Of a stretch of 64,000 nucleotides of DNA, positions 59,896 through 64,000 are shown in pieces. This DNA comes from Dehalococcoidia bacterium (GTDB lineage Bacteria > Chloroflexota > Dehalococcoidia > UBA2979). The stretch is from the NCBI GenBank assembly GCA_965262725.1, contig OZ253555.1, positions 960,001-1,024,000 on the forward strand. The letters are read 5' to 3'. The stretch's first letter is position 1. Each line of letters opens with the position of its first letter. The translations under genes were made by a program, and so were the position numbers. The notes under the pieces were generated by a model that saw nothing but the letters and a program-made list of their open reading frames with translations, had not been told where the DNA came from and made no database searches.

Positions 59896-60579
59896 CTACG
59901 GCTCAAACTTGTACCCCACGCCCCACACGGTCTTCAGGTAGCGCGGTCGCGACGGATCGGGCTCGAGCTTGGCGCGGAGCCGCCGCATATGGACAGTGAC
60001 CGTGTTCTCCTCCGTTTCCGTGTCGTGATCCCAGACCGCCGTGATCAACTGTTCCCGGGTGAAGACCTGCCGCGGGTGGGCGGCGAGCACAAGCAGGAGG
60101 TCGAACTCGCGCGCGGTCAGCCGCAGCTCGCCCGCGCGCGTCGTGACCGTGCGCCCTCGGCGGTCGATCCGGAGGTCGCCGTGATGCAGCACGTCGCTTC
60201 CCTCCTCGGCCCGGCCGGTGCGGCGCAGCACTGCCTCGACGCGGGCAGCGAGTTCACGCGGGCTGAACGGCTTGGTGACGTAGTCGTCGGCGCCGAAGTC
60301 GAAACCCGCCAGGCGGTCGGCCTCCCCTGCGCGCGCCGTTAGCATGACGATCGGGACGTTGCTGACGGAGCGAATGCGGCGGCAGACGTCGACGCCATCG
60401 AGACCCGGAAGCATCAGGTCGAGCACGATGAGGTCGGGCCGGAAGTCGTCGAAGGCACGCAGCGCGGCGGGACCATCCCCAGCGACCTCCACGTCGTGCC
60501 CGTCACGCTCAAGGTAGCGGACGACAACGTCCGCCACCGTCGGCTCGTCCTCGACGACGAGGACCCGGGTCGCGAGCAT
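59896..60579 (-). CDS. OmpR/PhoB-family response regulator
   Basis: VVEDE, LDLMLP (phospho-Asp), GADDYVTKPFSPREL, LTAREFDLL, TVWGVGY. Confidence 0.94.
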   Translation of the reverse strand: MLATRVLVVEDEPTVADVVVRYLERDGHDVEVAGDGPAALRAFDDFRPDLIVLDLMLPGLDGVDVCRRIRSVSNVPIVMLTARAGEADRLAGFDFGADDYVTKPFSPRELAARVEAVLRRTGRAEEGSDVLHHGDLRIDRRGRTVTTRAGELRLTAREFDLLLVLAAHPRQVFTREQLITAVWDHDTETEENTVTVHMRRLRAKLEPDPSRPRYLKTVWGVGYKFEP

Positions 60580-60620
60580 GGTCGCCTCCTGTGGCGCCGA
60601 CCCATCACTCCCGTCGAGCA

Positions 60621-61130
60621 TAGATGGAATGAGGGTCGGCCACCTCCCCAGAGGGGGTAGTCGCCCCCGGAGCCCGAGGCCCCGCTGGGCCAAAGAGCAA
60701 CTCCAAAGGCCTTGGCGAGGTAGGAGGCCGACCGTAACACCGCGTCAGTCACAGCGAGCAGCGAGCAGCGGGCAGGGGGGAGCAGGGGCCGTGACCATCG
60801 GCTTCGATGTGAGCGATCGCTATAGCCAGATCGGCGCGCCAAGGCAGCCGGCGCGATGAAGCGGGCACTCTCCGACCCGCGGGTCGCCCGGGTGCTGCTC
60901 GAGGTGGGTGCCGCGCGCGCCGTGGCTCAGCCGGCTCGCACCCGCGGCGAGTGGGGCTGATCGTGCGCAGCGAGCGTACGACCGACCGACTGGACGCCGA
61001 GCAGTGGCTCGGCTCGGCCGGATCGAGCGGCTCTCCTCCGCCCGTCCGGCCCCGCAGCGCCTGGGTCCAGACCGACCACGCCGACTTCGCGGCGTGCGGG
61101 CCCGGACTCCGCCGATCGACTTATGGGCAC
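60621..61130 (+). pseudogene. Decayed IS110-family element (left end plus frameshifted N-terminal transposase fragments); right boundary approximate
   Basis: Fragments in different frames: VTIGFDVSDRYSQI, VLLEVG, PWLSRL, LIVRSERTTDRLDAEQ, ARLGRIE, resembling the DEDD RuvC-like N-terminus. Confidence 0.7.
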
Positions 61131-61242
61131 CGATGACTGCCTCCTGATCTCGCTTCTTCCGGTTGTGCCGGACCGGGGCGCGCGCTTGGGCGGCGGGGTC
61201 TGATAGCCTCGCGTCGTTGCCCGAGCATTCGGGGGAGGGGAG

Positions 61243-62106
61243 ATGGCGAGGATGCCGCTGTACGGGGTCGATCTGGACAACATGGAGGCTGCACTCTTCG
61301 AGCGGCGTGGTCAGGTGGCGATCGTCACGCTCAACCGACCGGAGTCCGCGAACGCGCTGAATACGATGATGCATCGCGATGTCGGCGCCTGTTGGAACGA
61401 GATCAACGAGAACGATGACATCAAGGCCGCCGTTGTCACCGGCGCCGGACGCTTTTTCTGCGCCGGGCGCGATCTCAACGAGTACGTCGGCCAGTACGGG
61501 AGCGGCGACACCTCGGCGCTGCGTCCCATAGACGACCCGGACCACGAGATGTTCGGACGGCTCTGCAACCACTGGATTATCCGAAAGCCGCTGGTGGGCG
61601 CGCTCAACGGCCCGGCCGTCGGCGGGGGTCTTGAGATGGTGTCGATGGTCGACATGGTGGTGATGGCGGACGACACGTACATCCTTGATGCGCACGCGAA
61701 GGTGAACGTCGGATCGGGCGACGTGATGTACCATTATCTTCCACCGATGATCGCTCGTGCCTTCACGATGACGGACCGGCGCCTGAGCGCTGAGGAGTGC
61801 CTGCGCTGGGGCTTCGCGAGCGACGTCGTGCCGCGGGGTCGCGTACTCGATCGGGCGATCGAGATAGCGGAGGCGACGACCCGGATGGGGCCGGACGCGA
61901 TCGCCAAGCTGAAACAGCGCTCGATCGAACTGCAACTCCGGAGCGGCAACGTGCACCCGCCGGAAGAGCTGGAGGAGAGGCGGAGGACCCGCCGAGAATT
62001 GATCCGGCAGACGGCGAGCGACCACGATCGCATGGAGGGGATGCGGGCCTTCGTGGAGGGCCGCTCGGCCGAGTACGAGCGCCCGGCACGCCCGGACGTC
62101 CCGTAG
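61243..62106 (+). CDS. Crotonase-superfamily protein
   Basis: TLNRPESANALN, FCAGRDL, KPLVGALNGPAVGGGLE, EGMRAFVEGR. Confidence 0.87.
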   Translation: MARMPLYGVDLDNMEAALFERRGQVAIVTLNRPESANALNTMMHRDVGACWNEINENDDIKAAVVTGAGRFFCAGRDLNEYVGQYGSGDTSALRPIDDPDHEMFGRLCNHWIIRKPLVGALNGPAVGGGLEMVSMVDMVVMADDTYILDAHAKVNVGSGDVMYHYLPPMIARAFTMTDRRLSAEECLRWGFASDVVPRGRVLDRAIEIAEATTRMGPDAIAKLKQRSIELQLRSGNVHPPEELEERRRTRRELIRQTASDHDRMEGMRAFVEGRSAEYERPARPDVP

Positions 62107-62145
62107 CGCCACCGCCGAGGCGCGAGCAGCGGCAGGGGGCGCGCG

Positions 62146-63246
62146 ATGACCGAGCCGTGGATCGCCGAGTGGGACGAAGCGATCGCCGCCATGGGACGCG
62201 ACTTCTCCGGCGGCCAGCGGCACGTCGCGGCCGACGACGTCGAGCGCGGCGCCATCCGGCGCTACTGCGAGCCCCTGGAGTTCGATTGCCCGCTCCACCA
62301 TGACGAGGCGGTCGCACTGGCCGCCGGCTACCGGGGGATCGTCGCGCCCGTAAGCGGCATCTCATCGCGCTGGTCGCGGGGAGCACTGTGGGGGCCGGGC
62401 ATGCCGACTCGCTACCCCTCCGCCGACCGCGACGCCGACATGATTCGCACCGCCGAGGCGCGCATGACCCGCCTGCCGGTGCCGCGCATGCCGCGGACCT
62501 TCGCGACCAATGTCGAGATCGAGTACGGCGATCCCGTCTGCGTGGGGGACCGCCTGGCCAGCAGTGGGCTGCGTCTGGTCAGCGTGGTGCCGAAGGAGAC
62601 GCGGGTCGGTCGAGGCGCGTTCGTGACGACGGAGGGCGCGATCCGCAACCAGCGCGGCGAACTGGTTGCGACCGTGCGCCATGGGGGCTTCCAGTACAGG
62701 CCGCGCCCCTTCGAGGAGCAGCAGGAGAGTGCCGCGGCCGTCGCCGGTGCGGACGGCACGGGGAGGGAGACCCCCGGGGCCGATGCGGCGCGGGCACCCT
62801 CGGTCGACTGGTCGGAGCAGCGCTTTTTCGAGGATGTCGCCGTCGGTGACGCGGTGCCGGCGGTCAGCCTCAACCTCAGCGTCACGCGCCTGGTCGTCGA
62901 GGCGGGAGCGAATCTCGACTTCAGCCAGGTGCACCATCACGAGGGCGTCGCGCGGATGTCGGGCGCCCCGGACGTCTACGCGAACAACATCTTCATCCAG
63001 GGTTGGTGGGAGCGGGCCGTTCGTGAGTTCATCGGCGTCCGCGGCCGGTTCAAGCGTACGGGACCGCTGCGAATGCGTATCTTTAGCACGGTCGGGGATA
63101 CCGTGACGACGAGTGGCGTGGTCACCCGGGCTTGGCGAGAGTCGGGTGAGGGCCTGCTCGAGCTGGAGATGCGTACGGAGATGTCCCGCGGAGTCTCGGT
63201 GGGGCCGGGGCCGGTTATCGTTTCGCTCCCGCTCCGTGGCTCCTGA
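62146..63246 (+). CDS. Double hot-dog MaoC-like hydratase fusion (paralogue of 39908-40993)
   Basis: AIRRYCEPLEFDCPLH, ETRVGRGAF, RLVVEAGANLDFSQVHH, IQGWWERAVRE. Confidence 0.8.
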   Translation: MTEPWIAEWDEAIAAMGRDFSGGQRHVAADDVERGAIRRYCEPLEFDCPLHHDEAVALAAGYRGIVAPVSGISSRWSRGALWGPGMPTRYPSADRDADMIRTAEARMTRLPVPRMPRTFATNVEIEYGDPVCVGDRLASSGLRLVSVVPKETRVGRGAFVTTEGAIRNQRGELVATVRHGGFQYRPRPFEEQQESAAAVAGADGTGRETPGADAARAPSVDWSEQRFFEDVAVGDAVPAVSLNLSVTRLVVEAGANLDFSQVHHHEGVARMSGAPDVYANNIFIQGWWERAVREFIGVRGRFKRTGPLRMRIFSTVGDTVTTSGVVTRAWRESGEGLLELEMRTEMSRGVSVGPGPVIVSLPLRGS

Positions 63247-63359
63247 CCCCGGAGGCCTGCGGGACGATTCGCGGGCACCGGGAGGTAGCGGGGGAGAGTT
63301 CAACACCGGCGCAGCGGCCGCCCATGTGCCGTCGCCCGTGCGGATGCGAGGGGGTCGCG

Positions 63360-64000
63360 ATGTTCTTTGTCATCATTCGGCAGTACGAGAGAGGCGTGAA
63401 GTTCCGCCTCGGTCGCTACGTGGGGACGAAGGCCCCAGGCCTCGCGTTCCTGATCCCGATCGTCGACCGCATCCAGAAGGTCGACATGCGCGAGGTGGTG
63501 ATCGACGAGCCGCCGCAGACCGCCATCAGCAAGGACAACGCGCTGGTGGACGTCGACTTCGTGGTCTTCCTGCAGGTCTCCGACGCCGAGGCGGCGGTGA
63601 TCAACATCCGGAGCTACGAGTCCGCGGTGCGCAACCTGGCGACCACGACGCTGCGCGCCGTGATCGGTGAGATGGACGTGGAGGAGGTCCTCTCCAAGCG
63701 CGATTCCATCAACCAGCGTCTGCAGGTGAAGATCTCACAGGAAACGGTCCGCTGGGGCGTCGAGGTGAAGGCCGTCGAGATCCGGGAGGTGCGACCCCAG
63801 CGCGACATCCAGGAGGCGATGACCCGCCTTCTGACGGCCGACCGGACGAAGCGCTCCGACATCACAGAATCCGAGGGCCAGCGGCAGTCGGCGATCAACG
63901 TCGCCGAGGGGCGGAAGCAGGCCTCGATCCTTGAGGCGGAGGGCGACCGCGAGAGCTCGATCCTGCGCGCGGAGGGCGAGCGACAGGCGGCGATCCTGCA
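63360..64000 (+). CDS. SPFH/band 7 (stomatin/QmcA-like) protein; 3'-partial
   Basis: MFFVIIRQYERGVKFRLG..PGL.FLIPIVD..VDMRE...PQTAISKDN, TTLRAVIG, WGVEV, ADRTKRSDITESEG; absent from the ORF track because it runs off the window. Confidence 0.9.
   Translation, partial: MFFVIIRQYERGVKFRLGRYVGTKAPGLAFLIPIVDRIQKVDMREVVIDEPPQTAISKDNALVDVDFVVFLQVSDAEAAVINIRSYESAVRNLATTTLRAVIGEMDVEEVLSKRDSINQRLQVKISQETVRWGVEVKAVEIREVRPQRDIQEAMTRLLTADRTKRSDITESEGQRQSAINVAEGRKQASILEAEGDRESSILRAEGERQAAIL

Noticed and set aside
1-64000. tRNA, rRNA, CRISPR array, prophage, known riboswitch or defence system
   Set aside because: None recognised by eye; intergenic gaps are short and mostly GC hairpins. A tRNAscan/Rfam scan would be needed to exclude small RNAs

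Overview
Very GC-rich bacterial chromosomal window, densely coding. The Pro/Thr/Ala linker, expanded CaiB/BaiF, luciferase-like monooxygenase (LLM) and crotonase paralogues and glgC suggest Chloroflexota (Dehalococcoidia/SAR202-like); this taxon call is inference. 1-10 kb: YyaL-like protein, alpha/beta hydrolase, heme monooxygenase-like protein, and an lhr-yjbQ-VOC-rnd run. 10-22 kb: sugar-phosphate cluster (ROK kinase, glgC, otsBA, tkt, tal-pgi fusion, gnd, zwf, pgl). 22-36 kb: mixed metabolic genes, including a frameshifted membrane SGNH hydrolase and a nitrilase-fold protein lacking two catalytic residues. 36-63 kb: paralogue-rich acyl-CoA catabolic region (five type III CoA-transferase genes, 2 LLMs, 2 double-MaoC proteins, 4 crotonases, acyl-CoA dehydrogenase, tcuA-like). 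Three mobile-element features are not resolved by the ORF track: (i) an 862-nt group II intron that has lost its RT ORF, inserted precisely and in antisense into a sensor histidine kinase gene (58206-59067); (ii) a 184-bp internally deleted IS630 element at a CTAG site (36021-36204); (iii) a decayed IS110-family element (about 60621-61130). No tRNA, rRNA or CRISPR array was seen.
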